Assembly: GCA_009103225.1 (NCBI GenBank)
Contig: RHPI01001037.1
Coordinates: forward strand, 907,982-971,981
Length of the DNA: 64,000 bases
DNA from: Chlorokybus atmophyticus
Lineage: Eukaryota; Plantae; Mesostigma and Chlorokybus algae
Direction of reading: 5' to 3'
Part shown: one piece after another, positions 36,862-50,900 of the stretch
Layout: every line of letters begins with the position of its first letter
Numbering within the stretch: position 1 is the first letter of the stretch
Translations under genes and position numbers: made by a program
The notes under the pieces: generated by a model
What the model was told of the DNA's origin: nothing
Database searches by the model: none
What the model saw: the letters and a program-made list of their open reading frames with translations, nothing else

Positions 36862-39800
36862 TTACACTTTGTCCATCAACAACACGCGTTCGGTCTGCTT
36901 AAGCCGTAGCTGGATGGCGCACAGCTCTTCTTGCAACTGCGAGATCTTCTCATCTTTTTTGTGGATGGCTTGCCGGACGCGAGCCTCCAATTGCGCGATC
37001 TCCGCGCCCTACATGATGACGCAATTGATCAGTCAAGTCTTGAAACTACCACAAGCTGCACGGACATATTACACATGCACAACAGATGGAGGGTGTTAGT
37101 CACACCCTCCATCTGCGGGAGGGTGTGACTAATACCTTGCGGTTATGAAGCTCGCTGCCTTCCCGTTCAGCAACCTTTGCTCTCTCATTTGCTACTACCG
37201 CAGCCGCCTCAGCTTGAGCCAACTGATCGAGTTCACACATACAAAGACACGCATGAGAGCCCCATAGGCATAACCACACAAATGTGCTCCCACAGTGCTC
37301 CCTGTCCCTGCAAACCTTGTGCAAGAGTGTGCTCTCTTTCTCGGAGTGGATTGTCTGACGCTCGCTAGCACGCGCAGCAGCCTCTTGCGCAGCCATATGC
37401 AGCTGCAAAACACAAAAATACCACCCGTTAGCACGCTTTCAAGGCAGAGATCCAACACATCTTCAAGTGGGTTGGTCTGCTGTTTGACACACACGACGCA
37501 TTCTTATTCTCGTTTCATACACTCTTCTCCTCCTCTCACCTGTTGCTCCAGCTTGGTCACAATCTTTGCCTTCTGCTCCACCTCACTCCTCACCACCGCC
37601 AATTGCCTCGCCAGATCCGCACTCACCGCTTGCACCTGCACGCGCATCAACATGTTGGAGCGTGTCGTCGTCACCTTTGTGGAGTGGAAGCACAAGTGCA
37701 TGTGTACAACACACCTCTTTGCGGTCCTGTTCGCGGGCGCGTTCGGCCTCGCGTGCGCGCCTGTCGGCGTCGCGGGCGCGCGCCTCCGCCTCGCGCAGCC
37801 GCTCTGTCTCCTGTCTGTGGCCGTCCTGCGCCTCCGAATCCAGACGTGAAAGCACCAATGCAATCTCGGCATCCCGCTCCCGCTCGCACCTTGCCGAGAG
37901 AGAAAGCGTGAGTGTACGTGTGCACGCGTGTACCTGTTCATATGCGTGTGCGTGTGCGTGTGCAATTGTGTGTGGATGCATGGGCAAGCATGCTGCGCTT
38001 GTGGCGTATGCGTATGCGTATGTGTATGCGTATGCGTATGCGTGTGCGTGGCTGTATGTACGTGCGTTTATCTTACTTGGCGCGAAGTTCTTCCTCTTTC
38101 TCTTTCAATAGCTTGGTTGTGCGGTCGCGCTCGAGGCGCCTGAATGCATCCTGCTCTGCGCTCCACTCCTGCCAGTAGCCAATCAGTGTTGTTGATGCAA
38201 CTCTTGTCTGTATATCAGTTACGTGGGGCAGTGGCCCATTGTGCTATAGTATGTGCGTGGGTGCGTGTGCACACGCCCACGCACCCTGTCCCCCCACCCA
38301 CTTGTACACATGCACACACCTCGCGCGCGGCAGCTGTGTCGAGTGTGTGACGCCGCCTTGCCTCAGCCATCAAACGCTCGTGCTCCAGCTTCAGCGCCTC
38401 CTCCCTGCCATCAACACGGTCACAATGTCAACAAGCTTTTGTACTGGACATGATGTTGATGCCGACTGGGAGTAAACATACGTCCATGCAGAGCACATAC
38501 ACACATCATGCGAACGCACCTCTCTTTGGCCTCCCGGCGCAGCGCAGCCGCAGCATCGTCGTGCCGCTGCCGCTCTTCATGGACACGCCTCTCCGCCCCC
38601 GCAACCTGCGCGGCAATGATGTTGATGCTGCTGACTGTTCAGATTTTGTTAAGCCTTACCTTCTCTGTCCAGTCCTCGGCCATGCGCACGCGCTGCATCG
38701 CAAGCTGCTGCTCGTACCTGCCATGTCAACACCACCACTGTCACCATTGTCTCGACGTGCCATGATGACCGCATCACTGTCGTCATCACGAACATGTTTG
38801 ACCCCAACCAAGCAGCATGCAGTGCAGGCAATCGCGCACCGGTCAGCGAGTTCCCTCGCCCGCGATGCCCCGGCCTCCCTCTCCCTCTCCACCGCCGCCT
38901 CCCTCTCCTGTACACGACCACCACCAATCAGCACACATCGACAACGAACACATGCACTCGCAGGTACTCACGCACGCACGCACTCGCACGCACTCGCATG
39001 CACATACACGCACGTACATGCATCAATCCGCATACAGAGCGACGATGACACCCACCCTCCTTTCCACTTCAACACACTCCCTCACTCTCCCCTCCTCCCT
39101 CTGTCTCCCCTCCCCCCTCTCTCTCTCCTTCTCCTTCTCCCCCTCCTCCTTGACCCTCTTCATCTCCGCTCTGTGCCTCTGCATCAGTCGATGAATCTCC
39201 GGCTCCATCCCCTTCACGGTCGCCTCCTTGATCTGGCGGGTCTTCTCGCGCTCCCACTCGACACGCTTGGCGCGCTCGGAAGCGAGCCAGGAGTCGCGGG
39301 CGCGCTTGAGCTCGGAAGACCATGCAGACTTGGACACGCGCTCACGCTCGGCGCGCTACAGTGGCACACATGACTGGTTGAGACGCGTGTATACACATGT
39401 ACTCGCATGCACACCTATGCGTGTGCGCGCATAGGGCCACCTGCACGTATGCATGCATGCACGCATGTACACGTCACAGACACTCATGGAGACAGGCCAA
39501 ACAGCTCACGCACACAGGCACACTCGCATGCACGCACGCACGCACGCACATGCATGTGCACGTGCAAGCCCAAGACGTGGGTGCGTGTGCACACGTTTGT
39601 CTTAGGCACACGCACTCACGCACATGCACCGACACACGCCCACCTTTGCTTCCGCCGCCGCCATTTGCTTCTCCATCCCCTCGCACTTCTGCTCCATCTC
39701 CTTCTTCTCCCTCTCCAACTTCGCCTTCTCCCCCTCCCACCTCTTCCCCTCCTTCTCCCTCTCCCCGCTCACCCTCTCCACAGCGTCCTCGCACGCTCTC

Positions 39801-40891
39801 CTCAACGCACACGCCTCCTCGTTGGCGCGCGCCTCACGCTCCTCGATGCGTCTCTCGAGCTCACGCACGCGGGCCTCGCGCTCCTCCAACGCAAGCTTCG
39901 CGGTCGCCATGCGGGAACGGACGCCCTCGTAGACGGCGTTGGCCAACATGTCGGTCGTGTTGTTGGTGCTGGTGCGAGGGGTGGGGGTGTTGTTGTGGTG
40001 GTGGTGGGTGGTAGATGTGTCTTTGTTGGGTGTGAAGCTGGTGGAAGTGGACAAGTTGACGCTCTTGTCGACTTCGGCTAAGTAGGATAGCAGACTCGCC
40101 ACCTTCTCACTGTTGATGGTACTGTTGATGCGGTTGCTGTTGCTGTTGCTGTTGTTGTTGTGCAGCTCAATATTGTTGTTGATTGTAGTGAGCCCACTAC
40201 TTGAAGCGCGCTCGGCGGTGATTGCGTGCGTGTCGTTAATGATGCTGAGCTGGTCTTTCAACTGCAAAGCCACTTCACCTGCCATCTGTGAGTTCGTAGG
40301 GGAGGAGGACACCCCTTGCGCGTGTGCCACGAGTAATGTTGGGTTGAGCTCTGTGCACTCCAGCGACTCGTCCAGCGACTCGATGGACAACAGTGTGGAT
40401 GTGGGGTGACCTCTCTTGCTCAAACTGGATCGCCAGAACCCGGAGCCAATCGGGACGGGAGAACCCATCCCGCTCGATCCAGATCCAGACTCTTCCCCCC
40501 CCCTTTTCTCCCTCTCATTGCTGTCGCGTAACAGCCACACTGAAGCGCGGCCGGCGACATCGGCCCAACCCAAGTCGATATCAACACTTCTATCAACAAG
40601 TCTGCCAGTGTAACGACGCCAGTGGTGCTGTATCACGCGCGCGGCGATGTCCTGTGCAAAGCGGGAGAACGTGCCCGTCGACACAAACAGGGACTGTTGT
40701 CGTTTGGGTTGTGGATGTGATTGTTGTTGTTGTTGTTGTTGTTGTTGTGTTTGTCTGTGAAGGTGGTGGTGAAGTTGTGTCGGGCTCTCGCAGGAAGGCT
40801 CGGGGACTAATTGTGTTGACGATAGTGATGATGTGCTGAGGTGTTGGTGCGCGGTGGTGATGGATCGCATGCGCATTGCGTGGGGTGTCAT
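36862..40891 (-). CDS. CEP131: CEP131/AZI1-like centriolar-satellite coiled-coil protein, multi-exon
   Basis: IQ motif AARVIQHHWRRY; signature WLASERAKRVEWEREKTRQIKEATVKGMEPEIHRLMQRHRAEM; long coiled coils; C-terminal IAQLEARVRQAIHKKDEKISQL. The start codon is uncertain. Confidence 0.8.
37083..37136. other. Overlapping double inverted repeat (14-bp and 15-bp perfect arms) at a CEP131 5' splice site
   Basis: cagatggagggtgt/acaccctccatctg (37083-37115) and ttagtcacaccctcc/ggagggtgtgactaa (37096-37132). Donor GT at 37135-37134. Confidence 0.85.
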
Positions 40892-43259
40892 CGTGTGAGG
40901 CTACTCTCAAGATGTCAGGTCTGCCATAAGAGAAAGATGCAATCAGAGTAGTGGAGGAGAGTGCTGTGATTGGCTCAGTCTAGTACGTGATGCTGACGTG
41001 CATTGTGTGTGTACTTGAGCATGTGTTGGCGAGGGACGTACTTGATATCTGCACGATGCCTATGTGCCTTGCTTGCGTGTGTGCGTGTGTATGTATATGT
41101 GCGCATGGGGAGCGTGTGAGCGCGTAAGGTTTTATATACTGTGAGCGTGCATGCACACTCGCGTGCGCGTGTGTGGGCAAGACACGGGCGCGCTTGCTAC
41201 CAGTGGGTAATTTGTTTTGTGGTTGTGTCCGTGCGCGCAATAGGATGAGTGAGTGCAAGCGTGTGCCCACTGGCTCATCCCATATCTGGCGGTTCTCTCT
41301 CTCTCGCTTACACACACAAGAGCTAGAGATTGTGTGAGAGAGAGAAAAACAGAGACTTTGTGCGCGCTTGCAAATGACCTGGTTTTGTGGCTGTGATTCT
41401 GTCCGTTCGCGCGAGTGAATGCGTGCGTGAGCTCATCCACTTCGCCATTGGTCAACTAGTTGCATTCTGCTGTGCACATGGATTATTTCCAAACAACAAT
41501 CACGAGTGTAATGCGACCGCTGCTACACCAGGGAAGCATGCCTTACTTACTGAGCTTGTGCAGCTTGACATCACGCAGTGGGCGCGCTGCACAGGTAACA
41601 CTGAAAGGAATACCAGTCAGTTGTCAGCAGACTCCTCCTCCTCCTCCTCCTCCTCCGCCGCCGCCGCCGCCTCCGCCGCCGCCGCCGCCAGCCCCGCTAA
41701 CAGCAGTTAATCCATGTTCAGTGCCACGCAATCAGTGGGAGCTCGGCCAGCGCCGATTTCTACACGAGAGAATGCGCCCGTATCGACAATCCGCCCGGAC
41801 AATCCTCACGCTCCCCCTGTGATATACTGTGGTCACGTGTTGTTGCTGGTGCCTCGTTTTTTCCACTCCGCCAGAAGAAGTCCTCCCAACGGACCAGCCC
41901 TAATTTTCAGCTGCTAATTATCCACCTGATGGTTGCGTTTCACGCTTTTACGCTGAAAGGCTATGCCATTAGGCTACCAGGTAGGTACCTAACCTTGACA
42001 TAACCATGCACGAAACTTGAATTGCTTCACACGACCTTGAGAGGTTTGTCTTTAAGTCGTGCAACTCAAAGTTGAAACTAAATTGGTGTACCATGATAAC
42101 TATGATATTTGCACTTGCTTATCATCACAATTCATGACAAATTTTGTAATCAAATCATGACTATAATTTATTATATTTGATACATGTGTACATCTTGTAT
42201 AATATAGTACACATGCTTACATTCGTGATGCGTGGCTTACATCGTGCTATTGTATCATAAACATTAGCAGTATCAATGACATTTACTAAAAATGCCGTCA
42301 GATTGTACTTTTACTTTTATGAATCAGCTAGTTAATAAATAATACGCACAACATATAGCCTAGCGGTGGTTGTTTGATGATGGTAACTGCCTTTGCTGTG
42401 CATCTCACTCACTCCCTTGTAATCTTATGTGACTATGCGTGTTTAGCATGCTTGTAACAGAGTGCACGTATACACATGTCATGAGCATGCATACGTATGA
42501 TGTAGCACCCCATACACCCTTTGTAAATATAATGTAGCACTATAACGCGGGGCTTGACCAACTAGGCCATGGTAGCAAAAGTCGCTACCATGAGAGGTTG
42601 TGTTTGCTTATCAATTGCTTACTAATGCTTCATAAGCCCTTCTTAGCGTATTCCACATTAACCGGCATTACAAGCACCGCGTATACAAATTTGAGTTGCA
42701 TGGTTGATTGGTGGGTCGGTTGGTTGTATTACACATGTTAAAGGTTGTTTGTATAACATCACAAAGCATTGCATTAATTGTACAAAAGGTATATGCTACT
42801 ATATGCGTATCACCATGAGCGCACACGAGCAAACAACCGTACGCAATACAACTGCACATACAAGCAACAATGCACACGAACATTGATTGTATATGTCACG
42901 CAAGTGGCTATCCGCAAATATGAAAGGCTGCTTTGCGGTAATATACGGAAGCACCATGTTCATAACATCACCATTCATTAGAGCGTGTAATAACATGTCA
43001 TCAATGAATGACATCACGTTGTTGGCTAATTTGCTGTTTGAAATAAGCTAAACAAGGGGGGGTGGGAGGGTACGTGTAGCATATGTGTGTAGAGTATGCT
43101 GATACGCTATGCTGGTATATGAGCATATGCTACATTGCTCAAACACAAACCACATTCTCTTTTCCAGCACACCCCTCTGTAACACGCGTGACTGTACTTT
43201 GATGCGTAGATGAGAGCAGACACCATCATGATTACAAGTGCCTTGCTGAAGCCCTTGCT

Positions 43260-46200
43260 CTAAGAAGTCCTGGATGGGCTATTCGGGGAACTCATACAAC
43301 TTAAAATGTTGAGGACCGCCCGCGCCTTGGCTATCCATTGCGGATGGAAGAATAGCCAGATGAGAGAGGAAACAAATGGGAATGCCAATGGGCTTACAGG
43401 GTACTGCAGCAAAAGACAAGTATGAGCCGCTCATTATCGTTAAGGACGGGCAGGGCCGACTTGCATCATGAACAATAACAGCAAGCAAATATCTCGCACC
43501 TGTATGGGTCGTGGAATGTTGGTACTAATCAAAGGAAAGCGGTCTTCTGCTACTGCCTTTGCTCGACAGACCCCTCGCAAGCCTTCCACGCCTCCAAAGC
43601 GCCCAAACCCGCTTGCGCCAACTCCACCAAAGGGCAGCGACTGCCATGCAGGTCAGGTTGCATTATGTAAGTGATGTACAGTGTGTGTCGTTAAACACAT
43701 GTAAAACTACAATTGACATAGCGAACCTGGCACACGTATGTGGCATTGAAGTCGTTGATGGATGTCATGCCAGCTCCTAGCCTAGAAGCAATGGCTTTTG
43801 CTCGAGCCTTGTTACCTGTGAGCTGCAGAATTTAGGCTATGCATAACATGAGGGTAACGACCATAGAAGAGTACCTGAGAACACGCTTGAGCCCAACCCA
43901 AACGGCGTATCATTCGAAAGTCTCACAGCCTCATCATCCGTCGAAAACTTTATAATCACAACAATTGGGCCAAACACCTGCCATCCAACACCATTATCAG
44001 TGACCGCAAATGGAAACTGGGCTGCCATCAGTGAGGAGTCACTTGCAACACACACCTCTTCTTTCATGACGCGCATTGAGGGCAACACATTGGAAAGAAC
44101 CGTTGGCGGAAAGAATTGCCCGTGTGGCGAAGCAGAGCGACCTTCTTGACGAGTAGCTTTGCCGCCAGCGTGGAGCTTCGCGCCCAAAGCAACAGCGTCA
44201 TCAACCAACTCCCTCATGCGCTGCGCCTGGCCTGGCATGCAAAGAGCACCGCAGTCTGTGCCTTCGTCTAGCGGAAGCCCCTGTGAGTGCCACACATTGG
44301 GCCAATAAGCGTTTACACTTGCAACCAGATTCGTGTCCATGCAAGGAGGTGTGCTGTGATGTGTATACCTGCCTGAGCAGAGAAACAGAGTGTAACAGCT
44401 GGCGCATGAACTCTTCATAGACAGATTCCTGCACAATGAATCGTTCGGCTCCAGCACAGTTTTGACCACACGCTTGGAATGCAGCGCGCATAGCGATAGG
44501 CACGACCTGCACAAACAGCATGCGTGAGATACCCCCCGACAATATACACCATAGCTGTTCGGACACGATGTTGAGTGCTGCTTGGAGACCTGAGCCAAGT
44601 TTGCATCATTGCAGACAATGAACGGGTCTTTGCCGCCAAGCTCCAGCACAACGGGTGTCAGCGTCTCAGCCGCTGCTGCCAGGACCTGGCACACATAACA
44701 ACATGCCAAATGTGAACATTGTGGTGCTGTAGCTTGAGGACAGCAGCATATGCCAAGTAGTCTGCACGTGTGACACCTTTTTGCCAACTTCTGTTGACCC
44801 TACAAACACCAGCTGGTCCACGCCAGAAGTGACCAGCGCACGCCCGGCAGTTGCATAGCCAGTGACAACCTGGAAAGCTTTGAGACATCACATGCAGTTC
44901 ACAACGTTTATTAAAGAACTTAGTGCTTAGCAAAGGACTGTACAGTACCTGAACGAGATCGGTTGGAGCTCCAGCTGCTTCAAGGGCTGCTGAGATGATA
45001 CGTGCGTAGTACAGCGAAGACCAAGAAGCATATTCTGAGACCTGTTTGAGCCAGTGTGGAGCAGTTTGCATGCTAATAAAACGCCTGATCACACAACGCT
45101 GCAATGAGTGTTTATGGCGGTGTGGTTTACCTTGATGACAATCGCATTGCCGGCAAAGACGGCAGCCAGGAGGGGGTTCATGATGTTGTGGAAAGGGTAG
45201 TTCCAAGGCACAATCGCCCCTATCACGCCCAGCGGATGGTACTCGACGCTCGCCACCTTGTGAAGCATCATTGCACCTACCGATCTCCGCTCTGGCTGCA
45301 ACCTTCAACATAAAGCAGTGAGTTGTTTGGTGCATGTCACACAAGCAGTAGTGTGCGAAGTTGTGGGGTGAGTACCATCTCTCTCCTTCAGCAAGCAGCC
45401 AGCGTATCTTTTCACAAGTGACAAGTATCTCTCCCAAAGCCGCGTCTACCATCGGCTTCCCCGAGTCGATGGCTGCTGCCCTGAACACACAGAAGACAGC
45501 AATGAGACTGTCACCATCAAGTCCCGAATTACCCAACAAGCGTGTAACATACCTGCATATGTCTTCCTGGTTTTCCAATATGGACTTCAGCAGAATGCGC
45601 AGCAGATGCCTCCGCTGCGTGAACGTGCTCGCGCTCCATGTCTGCTGCGCTTCGCGCGCCTTCCAGACTCGCAACGACACCTGGCAAGGATTGTGCATTC
45701 ATCATATGCTGACACACAAACAACAAGTCTCATCCCAACATGATGATTTCTATTAGAGTAGCAACTTGGGCGCCAGTTTGCAACACCCTGCAAACAAGTC
45801 CAAACACATATGTAAGGTGCAAGCACCTGGTCACGGGTGAGCGCAGGCGCCGTGCCGAGAAATTGAAATGTGGCCGGGTCGTAGCATGGCACTGTGTCAC
45901 CCTCACCCTTGCGTAGCCGTGCAATCTCCTCATCAGACACCTGCACATAGCTTGCAAGTAAGTCTTCAACACAGCTGTCAACCATGTAATCAACCAACTG
46001 AGTGAGGTGTTGCTAAACACGATGGGGCTGGTGGTATGAAACTGTCACACTCGGCGCTGACAGCACCACACACCTTGCGGGCAGGCTTGGTAGAGCTGCT
46101 GCGCTCAGTGCCGTCTGCTTCTTCAGCTGCGAGCAGCAATGACACTTGAGGTCAGGAGTGTCTCGTGTGTCTCTGTCGCTGTTTGTTAACCAAGCATGCA

Positions 46201-46652
46201 AGGCTTCGGTGCAAGCAAGTTACAAGCGCCAGCGCATGGACAATGCACAAACGCAGGCAAGCATGCTGTTGTGGTGCATGTTGTGACCAAGAGAGAACGT
46301 GAACAAGCGGCTGTCACATGCCACATGCTTGGCTTCAACTTCATTGCGTCTAGCCATGGCCATGTATGTGAGGTGAGTGCGAGTGACAGCAAGCATAGAA
46401 TAGGTTGGGGCTTGCTGATTGACCACCAGCCAGCAGGCAAGCAAGGCAAGACAAGGCACAAGTGCAGGCAAGACATGCAGAGAGGTAGGTAGCACCTGCG
46501 TCAGCAGCGGGCGGCGAGGGCCATGCCACGCGCACGGCTGGCACGAGCAGCGCGGCCTCCGCGAGCCAGGCGACTAGCCCCGCCTGCCAGTGCGCCGCCA
46601 GCAACAACGCCGCCGTCGCCGCGGCAGCGGCGAACCAGTGCACCCACTCCAT
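43260..46652 (-). CDS. ALDH22A1: Aldehyde dehydrogenase family 22 (ALDH22A1/MSC7-like) with a hydrophobic N-terminal anchor, multi-exon
   Basis: VPCYDPAT; [24 protein letters not shown]; [22 protein letters not shown]; [13 protein letters not shown]; catalytic [10 protein letters not shown]; [22 protein letters not shown]; [11 protein letters not shown]. Confidence 0.92.
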
Positions 46653-47079
46653 GCCGCATGCCCAGAGCGTCCACTGCTTGTCGTCATGTTGACGGCACCC
46701 ATGTAATGCATTTCATTCTTGTGTGAGTTGCAGGGAAGCTGAACTATGCCAAGCATGCCTGCCAATGCAAAGAAAGTTGTACATTGTTTTACTATTCCTG
46801 TCCGCTGCTGAGCTGCATATTTCTGCTGCTGCTGCTGCTGCTGGAGGCTGGTGGTATACAAGCTGGCTACAAACACAGGGGGGCTGTAGGAGTAGGTGTA
46901 GAGTAGAGGGTAGCATTAGCCCGGTGGTCGTGTATGCGGCATTGAGGTGCGTGCCGTCTGTTGCAGGCAACTCGTGCCTTCTGAATCCATGCTCGCATCA
47001 GCACGTCGCATATCTTGTACACACCACCAGAGAGCGCTGTTGATCTTTGTCACAGCTGCTCAAGTGCACCTTATCGTGC

Positions 47080-47222
47080 GGCCTTGGAATGTAATAGGTG
47101 GTTGCACGCAGGAGAGTCTACCTCTCTCGAGTGTTCTTCAAAATGACAACATATGGCCTTGGAATGTAGCAGGTGGTTGCACGCAGGAGAGTTTTTGCCT
47201 CTCTCGAGTGTTCTTCAAGTCG
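47080..47222. repeat. 75-bp tandem duplication with a small internal gagag/ctctc stem
   Basis: ggccttggaatgta..ggtggttgcacgcaggagagt...cctctctcgagtgttcttcaa at 47080 and 47155. Confidence 0.9.
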
Positions 47223-47968
47223 ACATGAACTGGTCACATCCCCTCCAACTTTTGGCATCAGTTTGCCAAGTTTGGTGCTGTGAAAGTTTGAGCTTGGCAC
47301 TAGTCTCCATACAGGATTTGCGGCTCAGTTACCTTTGTTAACAGGCGTGGACATGCATGGAAACATCATTGGTCAGCCCGAGCACAGCGCATGCTCGTAA
47401 CAAGGGGTGCAATGCGAGTGACTAGTCTTGACAACAGCAATGAGGGTAGGCACATACATACAGGTAACATTGACGCAAATAAACTATGTCCAAGACCGCA
47501 CACTGCACGCTACTGCTTTGCCTCCAGCCAAACATGCCAATTAACCTGCCGCGCATGCATGCAACACTGTAGTACACATACGGTCAGAACCAAGTGCAAA
47601 GCAGTACGTAGCTCACTATGGTGTGGAAGCCACGATGCCAACAAGCATGGGTGCAAGCAGTGTTAATGCGGGATACTACAGACTCAAGAACTACCAAACT
47701 ACTCAATTACAAGCGTGCGGCGCGCTATGCAAGCTAACTACGCTAGCTTATCAGTAAGGTATGTCTAACTGCAGCAGCTACTCATGAAAAGGTTGCTAAT
47801 GCCGCAAGCTAAGATCATGATCACATCAGGGAGCAAGAAGAATGAGAATGAACAACGAAGAAAAGCGGGCTATGTACACAATCTGAAATCTCTCGTTGTT
47901 GACCAGACCTTCACTGGATGCAACAACCTTGCGCGCTGGAATGGAGACCGCAGTGAAGACCCCATCTC

Positions 47969-50900
47969 TTATTGTCGGGGCATGATGTGCGCGGTGATCT
48001 CGTTGTCACTATTTACATCTAGCACGGCAACGAGCATGGCGCCGGACTCGGCATTGAACTGAAGAAGGGCGCTGCTGAGAGGATCCACAATCCTTCTCAT
48101 CATCGCTTGGCGCAGAGGCCGCGCGCCACTTGCAGCGGTCACGCCCTCTTGTAGCACCACTTGCATGAGCGCATCACTCACCTGCAAGGCAACACCAGTC
48201 AGTCAATTGGCAAACAGTCATATGGCATATGGCAAGTCCACAACGAGACACAACAAGTACAGCTTGCTATGAGACTGACCTGTATCTCAACCAGGTGTTC
48301 CATGGCCTGCGCTGAGACATCCGCGAGCATGTTAGCGGCGATGCTGTTGAGGTCTTCTGAGCTGAGCTTGCGGAAGACGACGATCTCGTCGATGCGGTTC
48401 ACAAACTCGGGTCGGAAGGTTTCTCGCACCGACTCGATTACAGTTTCGCGCATGTTGCTCTGCTCGCTGCCAGCGCTGTCGTCGGTGTGCAAAAAGCCCA
48501 TGCGCCTCTGGCGGCCGTCTGCAATTGCCTCTGCAGCGATGTTTGAGGTCATCACAATCATCGTGTTCTTAAAGGACACTGTGCGGCCCTTTGAGTCTGT
48601 CAAGCGCCCATCCTCCAGCACCTGCATGCGCATGTGTTCAGTGGATGTAATCTGCATTTGCAACAGCCAGCTGTAGTGACGCCGTTTACAAAGCTTCTGT
48701 GTGCTTACATGTGTGGGCGAGTGCGCGCTTGTGCATACATGTGCATATGTATATGCATGCGCGTGTGCAGCACACAGCATACCTGCAACAGGATGTTGAA
48801 GACGTCGGGATGGGCTTTTTCTATTTCGTCCAGCAGCAACAAGGAGAAAGGCCGCTGGCGGATGGCTTCAGTGAGAGCGCCACCGTTCTCAAAGCCGACA
48901 AAGCCTGGAGCCGCGCCAATGAGCTTGCTCACGGTGAAACGCTCAGAATACTCGCTCATATCAAGGCGTATCATCGCACTCTCTGTCCCGAACAGGGAAG
49001 CGGCGAGCGCCTTCGTGAGCTCCGTCTTGCCAACACCGGACGGCCCGCAGAATAGCATGGATGCAATGGGCCTGTTGGCATCTCGCAAGCCAGCTGCAGA
49101 GCGACGCATAGCGCGTGCAACAGTTGACACAGCATCCTCCTGGCCAATGACCCTCTTGCGCAAAATTTTGTCGAGGTCGAGATATCGCTTGCTATCGGAG
49201 TCAGTCAATCGTCCGACCGGGATGCCCGTCCACGCTTTGACAATGGCAGCTACGTGATCCTCCGTCACGACGGGCTTGGCATCGCCGATGTAGTTGACAT
49301 CCTGCGACGCGACAGCGAGCTTCTGGCGTAGCCACCGTTCCCTGTTGCTGAGCTCGCACGCAGCGCTGCGCATGCGCTCCCTGAACTCGCCGCTTGGCCC
49401 GACCACGTCACCGATGGCTGCATCTGCCATCTGGTCTGTCGTTGGAGAGCTGCCCATGCCCTCCGTGCTCTTGAGCACATTCCACACCTGTTAGGCAACA
49501 TGAGTGTTACGCAACAATCTCTTACAAGAAAGCCACTACAATGCTGCGCGAAATCAGACTCACAATGACAGCACCAATATTTGGGATACATAACATGTCA
49601 AGCGTGTGTTTAATGCGAGTAGTTTCACCTGTTTCTTCTGGTTTGTGACAACCATTAGCTGGTGCTGCAGTGCCATCTGCGTTCGCCCGCCCTCGCAAGC
49701 TGCCTTGAGCCGCTGTTCTTCCTTCATGTGCAGCATGCTGGCAGCTTCATCCAACAGATCAATCGCTTTGTCTGGCAGCTGCCTGTCTGGTATGTACCGG
49801 GCAGACAGTTTCGCGCATGCGTCGAGTGCTGCATCGCTGACTTGCAGGTGATGGTGCTGCTCGTACCGCGCGCGCAACCCTCGAAGGATTTGCATCGTGT
49901 CTTCTACACTGGGCTCCTCAACAAGCACCGGCTGCACAGCAGTTATCAGCAAAGAGCGCTATGGACACAGGATAGACATGTAGCTGGACAAGTGGTGGGT
50001 TAGCCAGGTAGTGCACCAAGTACATGCAGTCTACTGTTAGCAATGTGCTGGTAGCATGAACACCATGGAGTTGTAAAGAGGACCAATAACGACAGTGCAC
50101 CGCCCTCTCCCCCNNNNNNNNNNNNNNNNNNNNNNNNNNNNNNNNNNNNNNNNNNNNNNNNNNNNNNNNNNNNNNNNNNNNNNNNNNNNNNNNNNNNNNN
50201 NNNNNNNNNNNNNNNNNNNNNNNNNNNNNNNNNNNNNNNNNNNNNNNNNNNNNNNNNNNNNNNNNNNNNNNNNNNNNNNNNNNNNNNNNNNNNNNNNNNN
50301 NNNNNNNNNNNNNNNNNNNNNNNNNNNNNNNNNNNNNNNNNNNNNNNNNNNNNNNNNNNNNNNNNNNNNNNNNNNNNNNNNNNNNNNNNNNNNNNNNNNN
50401 NNNNNNNNNNNNNNNNNNNNNNNNNNNNNNNNNNNNNNNNNNNNNNNNNNNNNNNNNNNNNNNNNNNNNNNNNNNNNNNNNNNNNNNNNNNNNNNNNNNN
50501 NNNNNNNNNNNNNNNNNNNNNNNNNNNNNNNNNNNNNNNNNNNNNNNNNNNNNNNNNNNNNNNNNNNNNNNNNNNNNNNNNNNNNNNNNNNNNNNNNNNN
50601 NNNNNNNNNNNNNNNNNNNNNNNNNNNNNNNNNNNNNNNNNNNNNNNNNNNNNNNNNNNNNNNNNNNNNNNNNNNNNNNNNNNNNNNNNNNNNNNNNNNN
50701 NNNNNNNNNNNNNNNNNNNNNNNNNNNNNCCCCTTCTCGCAGCACGAGTTTAAGCAGATGCACTTGAGTGTAGGCGAGATGCACCAACACCAGTCATAGC
50801 GCATGCACTGGTGACACGTGCACAACAGTTTGAGACTGCCCACCTGGAAGCGCCTTGCCAGAGCCTTGTCACTCTCAATGTGCTGGCGATATTCGTCCAG

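Noticed and set aside
41387-41917. Plus-strand ORFs with poly-P/S/A upstream of CEP131
   Set aside because: They are GCC/CCT trinucleotide repeats typical of promoter and 5'-UTR regions in this window.
47080-47222. Repeat with an internal stem that looks CRISPR-like
   Set aside because: Only two 75-bp units, no unique spacers, no cas genes, and a eukaryotic context; it is an ordinary tandem duplication.
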